DNA of 64,000 nucleotides, taken from the NCBI GenBank assembly GCA_905178155.1, contig CAJINV010000001.1, positions 5,985,860 to 6,049,859 on the forward strand, in the 5' to 3' direction. Shown in pieces: positions 35,201-47,694 of the stretch. The translations under genes were made by a program, and so were the position numbers. Origin of the DNA: Amoebophrya sp. A120. Lineage: Eukaryota; Protista; Dinoflagellata. A model generated the notes under the pieces. It was not told where the DNA came from. It did no database searches and saw only the letters and a program-made list of their open reading frames with translations. Position 1 is the first letter of the stretch. Every line of letters starts with the position of its first letter.

Positions 35201-38049
35201 TTATTGCCATGATCACAGTCACAGATGACAAAAATATCTTTCTACCAGACCCGGGCATCACAACATTTGTTCCCGTGCATAGCGCGAGTTCCACTACCTC
35301 AACGACTACCGTTCCTGCGGACCCCGGTGGCCCCCTAGCCGCACCTCTGGTCGGCGGCCTCGGGGCCCTCTTGTTGCTGCTCCTGCTTTTGCTGTTGTTG
35401 TGTTGCGGCAAGAAGGAGGAGGAAGCCGCGAGGGAGGCGGCGCCGCTTTCGGCGGGAGAGGAGGGCGACCGGGGGTGGGATTACAACCCCGCGGTCGCGG
35501 CACTGGAGCTGAATCTGGGGGACTGCGAGAAGGCGCTGGTGGGTGCCGGGCTCACGGCGGCGTACGCGGCTTCCGCCGCCCGGCGCCTGGCCGGGGCGGA
35601 CAAGGACCACCAGAAGTTAGAAAAGCCGACGACGGAGGGGGACCTGCACGCCATGCAGCAACTGGGGATGGAGTTTGACCTCGACGACGGCGTGGAGATC
35701 GGGTTTCTGCGCGGCATGATGCGGAAGGCCTACGCGAAGCGGAAGAAAGACAAGGTCAGCCTGGGCACGGCGCTGCTGGACTGCGGGCAGGACGTGAGTG
35801 CAGCGGAGACGGTCCTGCGGTACCACGGCATGACGGCTGCGGGCGCGCGGCGGGTTGCCAAACACGCCGCCAGCCCGGTCCTCGACGCGGAGCTGCTGGA
35901 CCTGGACGACGGCGACCTGAGCGCGGAGGACGCACAGGTGCTGCGTGACCTGGGTCTGCCCGACGCCGCAAGCATATCGGCCGGCGCGCTGCGCAAGATG
36001 TTGCGCAAACACGCGGGGGAGGCGGGGAACAACGACGAGGAAGACGAGTTTTCCACCTTGAAATTTGACTTTGCCGTGGTCGAAACCGCGTTGCGGAGCG
36101 CGGGACTGACGCCCGCGTTTGCCAAGAAGTTGGCGAAGCAGGTGGCGAACAGAGCCGTGGAAAACGATGACGAGCTCCTGAAGCCGGAGAGCAAGCAGGA
36201 CGCGTCTATCCTGGCGCGGGTGGGGCTCGACTTTGGGGAGACCGAGCGCGTCGGACGGGTGCGAGACTTTTTTGACAAGGTTGCCAAAACCCAGGGCAAG
36301 AAAACCCAGACCCTGCGCGCCTGCCCGCTAGAAGAAGCGGAGGAGCGCTTTCTGGAGGCGGGGTTCACGCAACGGTCGGCGGGCTTCCTCGCGGCAACGC
36401 TCGTGCGCAAGGCTCGCGACGCGGAGGACGTGCTGGCGCTGTCGCCGGAGGAGCGGGCGGAACTCGGCGCCGAGGGACAGGACGCGACACTGCTCGGTGA
36501 GATCGAGCAGGCGCACGCGTTTTTTGGTTTCGCGTACCGGACCAAGGGGGGCAAGACGACTCCGGGTGTGCAGGCACGCACCGTGGACGAGGCCCGGGGG
36601 CAACTGATGGAGACCGGGTTCTCCGAGAGGGCCGCGGGCTGGCTGGCCAAGAACATGGTGAAGAAGACGCGCGAGGCCGAGGCGGACCTGGCGCTCTCGG
36701 CGGAGGACCGGCGCGAGCTGAGCGCCGAGGGCAACGACGCGAAGCTGCTCGGCGAGGTGGAGCGGGCCAATGCTTTTACGGGCTTCGTGTACGACAAAGC
36801 GGACCAGAAGGGCGCGCACAAGTTGCAAACCTGCACGGCGGAGGAGTCGCGGGGCCGGTTCGTCGAGGCGGGGTTCTCCAAGCGGGTGGCGGGCCTGCTT
36901 GCGTCCAAGTTGCACAAGAAAGCGGCCCGCACCGGGTTGGACCTGGCGCTGTCGGCGGCGGAGCGGCGCGAGCTTGCCGCGGAAGGGCACGACCTGGAGG
37001 TTCTTCAGGAGGTGGAGCGCGCCAAGGGGTGGGCCGAATTCGCCTACCGCCCCGGCAAGCAAGGCGGCCACAGTCTCGAGGTGCGCACCAAGGAGGAGAG
37101 CCGCGAGCTCCTCGTGGAGGCGGGGTTTTCTGACCGGGCCGCCGGCATTCTGTCCGCGCAACTGATAAAAAAGGCCCGCAAGGTGGATCTGTCCCTGACG
37201 GCGAAGGATCGGAAGGACCTCAACGCGGGGGAGCAGGATCTCCTCCTCCTCGGGAAGCTGGAGAAGGCGGAGTCCTGGCTGAGTTTTGCGTACGCGGAGA
37301 AGCCCGTGGCCCCGGCTATCGATCTCCGGGCGCTCGCAGCGGCGGAGTTCGGCGGCACGGAGACGGTCGCCGCCTTCGCAATGTTTCAAAAGGCCATGCC
37401 GCCCCGGAAGCGGTACCCCAAGGGCGTCAAGCAGGCGGCTGCGTCCGACGGCAGCGAGGAAGACGACGATGACGACGACGACGACGAGGAGGACGAAGCG
37501 AGCTCCGAGGACGAGCGAGACAGCAAAGGGAAAGTGAAGAGCAGCATCGCGAAGAAGAAGGGCAGCAAAAGGGCACAGGCTCGCAGCCGCAGCGGGTCGT
37601 CCACGCGGAGCAAGGGAAAGAAGACCGCGCGGGCACTGCCGAAGAAAAGCCCAGCCAAGCCGAAGGCGAAAGTTGCGGCGCTCCCGCCGGGTCTGCTTGG
37701 CGAGGCGGAGGCCGCGCTGCAGGCGATTGGGTTCACGCGGCGGCAGGCGCAGCTGATCGGGCAGAAGATAGCCGGCACCGCGGCGGACGACTTGGGCTCG
37801 GACGCGGTCACTCTGACCGACGAAGAGCTGCAGATTGCGCAAAAGGGCCTCAACGGGGCCGCAATTCTGGACCTGCAGGACCTGGTGTGCGAGCTGGTGC
37901 AGCAGAAAGCCTCGTTCTTCAAGGAGTACCAAGGTGGAGAGGAAGAAGCGCATGATGAAAACGAAAAAGACGAGGGCCAGCAGATCTCTATTCTAGCGAG
38001 TGCCCGCCGCGGCAAGAAGAAGGCCAAACCGAAGAAACGGGGAAGATAA
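29296..38049 (+). CDS. Cache-VWA membrane protein, array copy 2; intron-rich, with a Cys-rich stalk
   Basis: KNVLLALDRSGSM, FQHPVQFSAYEFV, RPDMEFGIGT, TM GLGALLLLLLLLLLLCCG. Exons end/start at 30971^31280, 31818^32398, 33190^33595, 33965^34143 (GT-AG), 34206^34451 and 34905^35286. The first intron (~29683-29950) is unresolved. Confidence 0.82.
30972..31279 (+). mobile_element. Decayed introner (GT...GC termini)
   Basis: G-TAT...ATA-GTGC. Join EDW^LNDIVPA matches the paralogues (EWLNNI, QWLAGIVP). Confidence 0.75.
31819..32397 (+). mobile_element. Decayed introner
   Basis: TATCAATGGTAAAATTTTCGTTTTC/GAAAACGAAATTTTCCCTTTCATA. In-frame join QPA^GGVFPNI. Confidence 0.8.
33191..33594 (+). mobile_element. 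Decayed introner (alternative canonical AG at 33591)
   Basis: G-TATCGCAAAAAG start. Join CVCNN^GQVNET matches CLCNNGDVNET in copy 4. Confidence 0.65.
34207..34450 (+). mobile_element. Decayed introner
   Basis: TATCCTGCGGAACA/TGTTTCTGTAGGATA. Join DAM^QPGASN matches the internal repeat DMQPGANN. Confidence 0.82.
34906..35285 (+). mobile_element. Decayed introner
   Basis: TAT...ATA ends and residual TIR GGGTTCTGGTTGAAGATA/TATCTTTCTACCAGACCC. Internal GCATGACAAA. In-frame join. Confidence 0.8.
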
Positions 38050-40165
38050 ATTTTTACAACTTGTTGATGTTGATGTCGACAAACACAGCGGCGAGTTCAA
38101 AAGAACGATTCATCGCTACTATGTGACATTCAACTCCAATCCTCGCGGATGTGAGTGATGAGCATGTCAGATTTCAATTTCTTCACAAGACATCATAGAC
38201 ACACGAACTGCCATTTTTTAGTTTTCTTTTCTTTGTATTGTACTGTTCAAGTCGACATGCCGTTCCCTATCTACAAATTCGAGTTCAACACGACCAAAAT
38301 TAGAATATGTAAAATCAATCTAAGTATTTCTACCTTGTAACCCCATAGATAAGATCAATCCTTCGTTACCGTTTTTCTGAAAATCGTAGCACCTTGTTGA
38401 GCGCTGCAGGAGCATAAAGTGAAAAATTAGTAGTATTTTAGAAATACTACTAACAAGCATAAAGTAAAACAAATTTAGCATGCAAGTGTTTCAAGTTTCT
38501 CACATGTCACATGTTGACTTTGAACATGACCCCGAAAAAGTAAAAGAAAAGACAAAGACTAAGATTGCTTGACGCCGCAGAAATTTCTACCCCCACGACC
38601 CACCTGAGATCAAACCCAAAGTGATATTTTTGCCGTTGTGCTTTATTCTCCTTGAGCTTGAGCCCATACGCGCAGGAAACGGAATAGGAAAGCACCGCTC
38701 GCCTTGTAATGGAAAGTGGGCGCGGTGTTTTTTGCTTCGTTTTGTGCCGAAGGACGAGAAAGAAGTCGGCAAGAATGCATCTCCGAAATCCGCCGCGTTT
38801 CACTCATCGGATTTTAATGCAGCTTTGTATAACAGGAAATGGAAAACGAAAAGGATAAGGAATAGGATTAGGAAGCGGAAAAGTTGAGAATGTCGTTCGT
38901 AAGTACAACTTGTCCGTCGTTCTGATGCTCTGAAAATTGACGTCTTTGCAATTTGGTTTTCGTCTTAGTCGTGCAGGATTTCCAAATTCGTGCAAGCAGA
39001 ACATGAAGATAAGACCAAAAAGAACGAGCCCCTCTACTTTCGTCCTGTTTCCATTGCCACTCATTTGTATTATTCGCTTTCTGTTCGTTTCGTCTTCGTA
39101 GTTCGTTTGCAGGCAGTGCGTTTCGTCGTTGTTGGATGCCTTAAATCGTTCACGGACTTCGTGTGTACATGTTCACCAGGAACACTCGGGCCTGTTTATT
39201 GAATGAGCATGACGCCTCTTGCTGCAGTATCGATTTTACTGCAAAACTTCCTGCTTTAGTAACTTTTCGGATATAAAAATCAATGGTTTTAGGTCGTAAA
39301 CTATCGTCGCGAAAAAAGTAAGTCTTACATCTTGTAGAAGTCAGCTTTAGCCAGTCTATCCGCTTTATCTTTCAGTTAGTCTCAGGCAAAGGTCTCACAT
39401 TTTCTTCATTCACTTTGCTGCAGGAGCTCTACCACTGGACGTTTTGTGCTCTCCGCTGCGTCGCCGCTTCGACTTCACGCACTCAGGCCTTCGTCCTGTT
39501 TTTCAAAAAATAAATCTGCCATCAATCTTGAGCACTTACTAATGTTATTCGTTGTAACTCGCATATTTTATTGTGTACACAGCAACATGATGTTCTTTTT
39601 TTCTGGCTTTGACATCTCACCACTCTTCACACTACACGACTCATTGTTACATGTAGTCATGTTCTGGGGCACTTTTACTTGGACTTGGAGTTATAAAGTA
39701 AGACTCTTCGTCGACTGTAGAGGATGGAAAAAAAAATTTTTTGTTGGGGAAATTGTGACTAAACTGTTTAAATTATAAGGACAAGCTGTTGAGTTTGAGT
39801 TTCCTAATGAAAAAATAAAAACCCTCTTCTCAGGTCGTTCTCGTTGATCTATTGGAGCTACGAATAGGCCGACATCGATCCGTGGGGAGTGGACTTCGTA
39901 AAAGGAATTCGCAAGCACTCGGCGTAGTTCTCACAAAAAAAAAGGGGGTCGTGTCTTTCATATGTATGTTGCAGATGCTGAGTTGGTTGTTATGTGGCTT
40001 TTGCCGCTTCGTATTGATGACTCAAAGCCTGCATTTTCTTATCATGCCGCTTCACGCTAGGCACTACATTGTGACGGACTCTCCTTTTTTTTTTTTTTGC
40101 CCTCTTCCTTGCAGACCTGCATTCGGCTCATTCAATGAGAAAATAAAGCGATAAAGAAAAGAACG

Positions 40166-43100
40166 ATGCTAGACCCGGACTACCGCGACGACGCTGACGC
40201 CCCCGAGGACCCCACGTCCGTCGGCATCACCGATTCGGCGATCGTGTTCCGTAGCCTGTACTGGAACATGCGGGGAATAAAAAACCGGAAACGGACGGAC
40301 CGCCTAATTGCCGCAACGGCGCCGCGGTTTGAAGACTACGCCGAGGTGAACTGCTCCGCGGTCCCCAAGTCGGAATTTTCCAAGCAATTCCGGAAATTAA
40401 ACACGTTCTACAAGAAGCTGTACGCGACTGATGTGGATCTGCTGGGGAACATTGTGGTGGGCGGGATTTTCGGCACGGAAGTGGACGCGCCTGGTAGCAA
40501 CGTTGCTCCCACAGCTGTCGACGCCTTCAAATGTTGGAACATCTTGAGCTACGACCAGCAGACTGACGCCATCCAAACCTTCGAAACGGATCCCGACAAT
40601 TTCCTGGCCTTTGCGGCAGCAGGAATCACCTCGGACGAGGTCCTCAAGATTACCATATACACGCCCCCGCGGAAGCGAAAGACCAATAGGTGGGACGCTG
40701 CACACGTGCAGAGACAGTTTACGGAGATGCTACGCGAGTGGACCAAACTGCTCGAACTTTCCAAGCGGATTATCGTTCAGGGCGATTTCAACTTCAACTA
40801 CAGCAGCTTCCCATCTGTCTGCAACCATACAAACTTTTCCAACGACCACTACGAGCTGTACATTGTGCCGCTGATGGAGTGGATCACGATCACCGCAAAC
40901 GCGTCCTTCATCCCATTGAAGGGCCCCACGTGCTACTCTTCTGCAACCTCGCCTTCCACCATCGATGGCATCGCCACCCGGGGTTTTACACATGTCAAGG
41001 CCGAGCGTGTACTCCTCAAAACTGATGGAAACTTCGTATGGCTTGACGACCCGGATGGCGATTACGATGCGGAATTCATCCGCCACTGTTGGGCGGATCA
41101 CATTGCCCTCCTGGGGACGTTTGAGTACGACACCACCGCCACGCCGGGCATGAACACGGGCCCACATCCCGACACGGATCCCGCAGCCGAGCCTGCCCGC
41201 CCCCCCACGCCTGCCATCCCCACAGGAACGGACGCGAGCAACTTCCTCGGTCGCTACGAGGATTGCCAGGTTCATGATGACCAGATCAACTTTTTTTTGA
41301 AAACTCGAGCGGGTGGCGCGCAGAACTTCGCTACAACCATCACGCCCGCTTCTGAAAAAGAAGCCTTCCCTCCGAGTAGCGGTATACGAATAGCTATGAA
41401 GCGGAAAGACGACCGACACGACGCACACACACTACGCCAGGCCCTCTCGGAGTACGCCGCCACACGGCCGCCACCGAGGAACAGCATCCTGGCCTTCGAG
41501 CGGTGGGTTGCTTCTGCCATGTGCGCTAGCAGGCTGGTCAAAAAAGCATCGGGGTACAAGAAAGAGAAGAAGGTAGTTGCGGGGGGAGATGCTGGGGTTG
41601 GGAATGATGAGGCCCCACCATTTCCGGATGGGCCTGTGGACAATCGCGACGACGTTTCCGAGGCCCACTGTGCCGTCCTGCCTTTCGAAGACGACGACCC
41701 GGGCCCAGATCCCGCGGGACGAGACGACTCCGCTGTTGCTGCGCTCGGCGGCAGCGAAGATGTAGATGAGGACTACCGTGAAGCGCGGGAAAGCTTGGCG
41801 TTTTGGGACTGGAGTGTAGGAAGTAACTGTGGTACAGGACAGGACGACGGCCTACAACTTGCAGATGATGAAAAAAGGGAAATACAAAAACTGTTCGGCA
41901 ACACAGCAAAAATCCGGGAGAAAGTCTGCGGCAGCCGCAAGGGGGAGCCGTTACCGCCGCTCCACGAACTTTTCGACGGCGACACCGTGTATACCGGTTT
42001 GGCGAACGTCATCGTGGCTGTGATGCGTTCCCACATCATCAAGGGCGATGTGCTGCGGACCTGGTTTGGCGAGCCCGCCGACATCTCCCCGGATCTCCTC
42101 ACCACCATCAAGGAGCAGCTATCCGCGGTAGCAAAAACGGTCCCCCCACTTACGGTCAGCCTCGCACAGGTCCGTAACTTCCTAGCGGACGCAAACCCGG
42201 AACTGCGAGGGCCTACCGGCGTCCGGCTCAAGTGTTATGCCGCATGCTCCGACGAGGTCTTATTGGCGTACGTTGACGCCGTGAACCATCTCCTACTGCG
42301 GTTTCAATCGGTGGGTGCGAGATACAGCACCGGCCTTATCGATGACGAGCTCAAGATTCTGCTGGTCGAGTTACTGGGTAAAGGAGGCAAAGTTACACAA
42401 CTAAAAAAGGTGCGAACTATCTGCCGCGGGGCACCGGGAATCCGCATCGCCGCTGGTGTCCTCGGGCGTGAGTTATTGCAGCTTGCGGAGGCGTTTTGTG
42501 TGTGGGGCGTAACAGGCGCTGGATCCCGACCGAACTCGGCACTAGCGCTGTCGATCCTTCGTGTCATCGATGTACAACTGCAAGCCACCGCGACCCGCTT
42601 CTACGTCCAAATCAGCGAAGACATATGCAATTACTTTAATTGTATACCACTACTCTACCTGCTGACGACGATGCGGCGCGCGATGCCCCATCCGACACTC
42701 CTACAGTTTTGCTTGTCCCTCAACATCGGAAAAAAAGTTATCGGGCGCAACGGCAGCAGCTTCGCGGTTGTGGACAAATTTAGCGGGGGCATCCAGGGTT
42801 GCACTTTTGTGATGTTCGCGGGCATCGCTCTGCAGGCCCGGGTCAACCACCTCGTCCGGCTCTTCATCCTGGCGTGTTACTCTCCGGCGACGCGCCGCCT
42901 GGAAACCGCGCGGATCCTCCGTGCCGGGAACGCTCTACTGCGCGACCTGCAAAAACTCCATCACGATGCAAAAACCTGGACTCCCTACTCCTCCGCTGAT
43001 GTCGCTGGACACTTTGCAAACCCCGGCTCACCGGCCTCCGTCCGTTTCCCGCACTTCAATATCTTCGATACTTCAGGCACCACCTACCTCGAGAGCATCC

Positions 43101-45205
43101 TTGTTCAGGAAGGGACTTCGGAGACCGCGCTGGCGGACCTCATCGCCGTGGTGGACGACAAGGCCATCCTGATTCTCGCGCACATCGATGACAAGACAAA
43201 TGGCAACCTGGGGCGTTTATTCGAGTTCCTGGCCAAAGCTACAGAGCTCTGCTTTCGACACACCGGGCAGTTCTTCTCGCAATCAAAATACGAGATGGTG
43301 ACCGGGTCGCCGTACTGGAGCGACGAAAAGTGCGAGAAGCACTTAGAGGCGATGCGCGAACTCGCCGTGAAATACCTCAACCCCTTCGGCTGTTGCCCCT
43401 CGGTCAGCCTGTCCACGAAATTTCTCGGCTTCCTGTTCAACGCGGGGCAGACTTCGCGGGCGGTGCTCTATAACCAGATCGCCCACCGCCTAAAGTACTC
43501 ACGTGTTTCGGCCGAGCTCGTCTACAAACACATGCGAAAAATGAACGGGGCGCAGGTGCGGACACTTTGCATCTGGGCATTCCTCTCCTGCGTGCTGCAC
43601 CTCCTTGCTGTGGCTGTTCGGGTGTTCGATGACGCCGCCTGGACCGAGCTACTTTTCAGCCTCTCCCACGCTATCGGCGAATTTGTCGGCTTTACCAGCG
43701 ATGACTTGAAATATTTGCTCCAGGCAAACCAAGTTGCGCGGGACGATTTGCACAAGATTATATTTAGCAAAAAGGTGATGTGCATGGTGGACCCACGCCT
43801 CATGGCGTGCAGGATTCTACGCAAGGGGGCTGCGAAGTGGACGGCGATTAGCCGGTCAGTTTCGGTCGTGCCGTACGCCACTACGTCGGTTTTCGCTTCC
43901 TCCGATCCCCACCGCTGGTCCGGCTTCGATGCGAAGCAGCAAACCGTGCTTCAAGATATCGCCGATGCGGACGCGTACCTGTCCGAGCTCCTCAAGGACG
44001 TTGCGCCCCCTGTCAAGTCATGTGTTGCATTGGGCAGACACTACCCGGACCCTGCGGACGCCGACGCCTCCCTCCGCGCCGCTGAAGACGTTGCAGCGAA
44101 AATTGCCGACCGTCTGCCCTCGCGAAGCCTGCTTGTGCCACTACCTGTTACCTCCGACCCCGCCACCTCCTCACTAGCGCGCAACTACCCCCCACCGAAG
44201 TCCCTTCCGGCTACGTGTGCTCCATTCCGCTGTCCCAAGGGCGCTTTTGAGTTCATCTTGGACAAGGAATGTGAACTTGTCGTCCTGTGTGAAGGGAGGC
44301 CGACTTTGCGGTACACCACGACCGACCACTACGAGATCTGCTGTCCGAAGACGCGAAACGCGGCGCGATACTTGGCCCTGGTTTGCCATGCGATTCATCA
44401 GATCCTGTTGTGTCCGGATGTGCAGATGGGACAGCCACAGCTGTTTATTTACGACCTGTCCACCAACGCCTGCCGCGACCTCGTGAACTACAGACAATTG
44501 TGGTTGCAGCTCTGGTGCTGGCCGGGTGTGGTGAAAATTTTCGATGGGCCGCCACGGGGTGAGCGAAAGCTCGACGCTCCCAGCACGAATGTCCGGAATT
44601 CTCGATCCACCATTTTGGAGCTTGCCGCCAGAGATGTTGGCGTGAGCTGGCCGATTCGCGACTACCCGTCCGTGCCCATCGACTTCAAGACCATCACTGA
44701 CCACCTCCATGCGGCTCATTTCCGGAACCGCGTACACCTGGCATTCAAGAAAACAAAGCCGGACGCGGCGACAAGCGGCGGCGCCACAGGCAGCCAGGCC
44801 GCTGGGTCACAAGATATCGCGTCGTCCACGATTCCCGCTGGACCCGGGCCCCCATCTGCCGCTGCCGACACGGGTCGCAATGTCCAGATCGAGTCGCAGA
44901 CCGAAGCCCCCGCGGATGGCGCATCAGCTGCACATGGACGCGCGCAACCGGTCGCAAGCTCCATCATGCCCCCTCCTTTGCCGGCCGAACCGCTCTCACA
45001 GCCGATGCCCCCCCAAGCCCGACCACAAACCGGCGCACCACGATCACGGAACGTCAAGGCCCCTGCGAAACCGGCCCAGAAGCAGACCAGCGCCAGTACT
45101 AGCACCACAGGAGCCGTGATGAAATCCGATGTCAAAAACAAAACCGGCTCCGCCAGGGCGAAGAAGAATAAGCGGGTGGAGCCCGCTCCACAGCCACTCG
45201 CCTGA
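40166..45205 (+). mobile_element. Non-LTR retrotransposon-like ORF (1679 aa): APE endonuclease + reverse transcriptase + degenerate RNase H-like domain
   Basis: APE motifs YWNMRG, TE, IYTP, GDFN (40781), STIDG and ADH. RT motifs GPTG, LLGKGG...VRTI, GSRP, EDICNYFN, GGIQGC, VVDD (43148) and KFLG. Element ends and a TSD were not found. Confidence 0.85.
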
Positions 45206-47345
45206 CATGGAGTTTCCCTCATCGAAGGATCAACAGTGTAGATGTCGTTTTCGTTCTGCTACTACCGTATTGGTACCCAGTAAGTATTGTGCTAGAGGTC
45301 GGTCTACTTTTACCAGTCGGTCCATCTGCTTCAGTGTCACGTCTAGTCACTTCGTTCCATCGCGCAAATGTATGTACATGGACCAATTACAAACTTCAAG
45401 AAAAACTCAAGAAAGCTCGAAACTGCCTTTATATTTGTCCAAGCAGATGACCACAGTATCTGTTGTAAAGATAAAATCTCGTGACGATCCGCTAGAACTG
45501 CAACGAGTGCCAGCTTCCATGTATCAACCGGTAAGAGAAAAAGCAAAAAAAACAAAAAATTCTGTGGCACGTATGCACTTCAATTTGTGCGTCCATTTCT
45601 CAAAACAAACAAAAACTCACAGGAACAGGGCCTGATGATTGCGAGTTCATATACTACATTTCCAAGACGTCTTTGCTTTGTTGTTGCGTGTGCGCCAGAT
45701 TATGATTATGGGTGTGTCTATTACCAACAAGAGATTTGTAGTGCGGTATATAGTTGCGGTTGCCATCGGACATACACAGGATAGCAATTTTAGCATAGCT
45801 ATGTCTCACATAATTTGCCATATCTATGATAGATTCCGCGCTGTGCTTCATAATGTTTTATTTTCCCATCCTGCTTCTCGCTGATACGTACTGTAGTGCC
45901 ACTTTATTCTGTACCTTATCGCGCGTCCACATCGCATTTGACAGAGTGCATTTATTTCAAGATGATTTCCCCGTCCTTGACCTCTCCGCACCGCTACCTG
46001 AGCCACGGGGATTTCGCGTGGTCTGCTGATGGTTTGCGCTGCTTAGATGTCCGTCCGGTTCGGCGTAGGGCGGAGTACACGACCGGGGAAAAAAAAAACC
46101 ACCTACTCGCCGCACCTTGCACTCAGGCGACCAGGCTCGACCACTTCTGGACATGTTGAGGCGTCGACGGGCCTGTCCCCGCCCCCCACGTTGACTCCCG
46201 CGCAGAGGACTACGACGCCGCGGTTCCCACCTCGACGGTGGCCAGCTCGGAGTTTTGCGCTGCTGCTGGTTCCCACCACGATTCGTAACCAGTTTGAGAT
46301 GATTCAGACCTTCCTCGGCCTCGCTTCACCACCAGGTCCCGCCTCCGGATATTTAGCTCCGACGCCCGGCACTATGGCGATTCCGATAGCTCGCGACACC
46401 TCCTCCCGTCCAGTATCGCGGCACGCTCGCGGAAAAGACAGCTTTCCTACACCAATCATCGCGTCCCCGCTGGTGTCGCGCCCCACACCTCGACCTCGGC
46501 GACATTGGTTCTGCCTTCACACCGTGGTGGCCGATCAGACGAGTGGTTACGACGCCGAGGCTGCGCTCACGGCCCGCCTACGACCCCTCCCGCCATGGAG
46601 CCAAATTTGTGCCGATTTCCATCATCCCAGACACACGAGCCGCTTACCGGCCTCTCTCTCGTCTTGCATTTACTGCTTGACGCCCGGTTCCACTAGGGTA
46701 CCCCCCCTTTTTAAGTATTCTATTTCTGTGTGAGCTGTATGTTGATGGAAATGCATCACAAATGCGGTCTACCAATGCCGTGCACGACGCGGCACCGCCC
46801 GATCTCGATTTTATTTTGCCGGTGATGATGACTGACCTTGATGAGTGAAAAATGACGTGAAATAAAAAGTCTGTTAATAGTTCAACTAGTCGATCCTGCG
46901 CCACATTGTATGTAGTCTGTTGAACCGCTCCTTCAGTGGACCACTTGTATGTCTTGTTCCTCCTCGGCCGGTACCGAATCGCTCCTTCGGGAAACCCGAG
47001 CTTCTGCCACCGTGAGACCGCTTCTCTCACTATAGCATTTTTTTTTCAATTTGTATAAACCCTCCCTCGGCCGTTTTAGATTGTATGACCGGCAGTCTAT
47101 CATATCGGCGTCCGTTACCATTTTCATTTTTTGATATTTTGTAGCTTTCACGCAATTGTTACGACTTACCATACCGCACGCACAGCGAGTTCGAGTCTTT
47201 TGGTTATTGTTTTAGTGCTGAGAGAGGTACCTGGGAACCGCTTCTTCCCACGCGAGGTGAGACGCAAATTTAGGCCTCGGCCCCCCGGTTTACCGGACCT
47301 GACCGCCTCGGCGTTGAGAAGCCTCTTTGGACAATCAAAGAATTT

Positions 47346-47370
47346 TCTGTATCTGTATCTGTATCTGTAT
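47346..47370. repeat. (TCTGTA)4 microsatellite
   Basis: Four perfect hexamer units. Confidence 0.8.
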
Positions 47371-47694
47371 TCCAGTCTCGTAATTTTTGATGCCAGGAAG
47401 ACGAGGAGGACGCCCCGTGGAGCACTTAGCTCTCAAAGAATTTTCAAAGGCTGTGGATATATCCAAACTTCACAAGCGTGTTGCCATGTATGTGCTATAT
47501 GAGATAGTTCATTAATATCATTTGAATCCCGCTTTCAGACCAAATTTTTGTTTTCCTATGAATATGGCGTAATGTTGCCGCCGAAGCCGATGTTGATAGT
47601 GACCGCAGAAGGCAGTTAGGGACAGATTGCTGTGCTTATGAGTGTCTGAGTAAAAGACGCATTGTCTATACCTTTACTCCAGTAGTTCCGCCGG

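Noticed and set aside
35730-37953. Long minus-strand ORFs (400 and 541 aa) and similar antisense ORFs elsewhere
   Set aside because: They are shadows of GC3-rich plus-strand coding sequence.
47346-47370. (TCTGTA)4 as the 3' tail of the LINE-like element
   Set aside because: It lies 2.1 kb past the stop codon and no matching upstream TSD was found.
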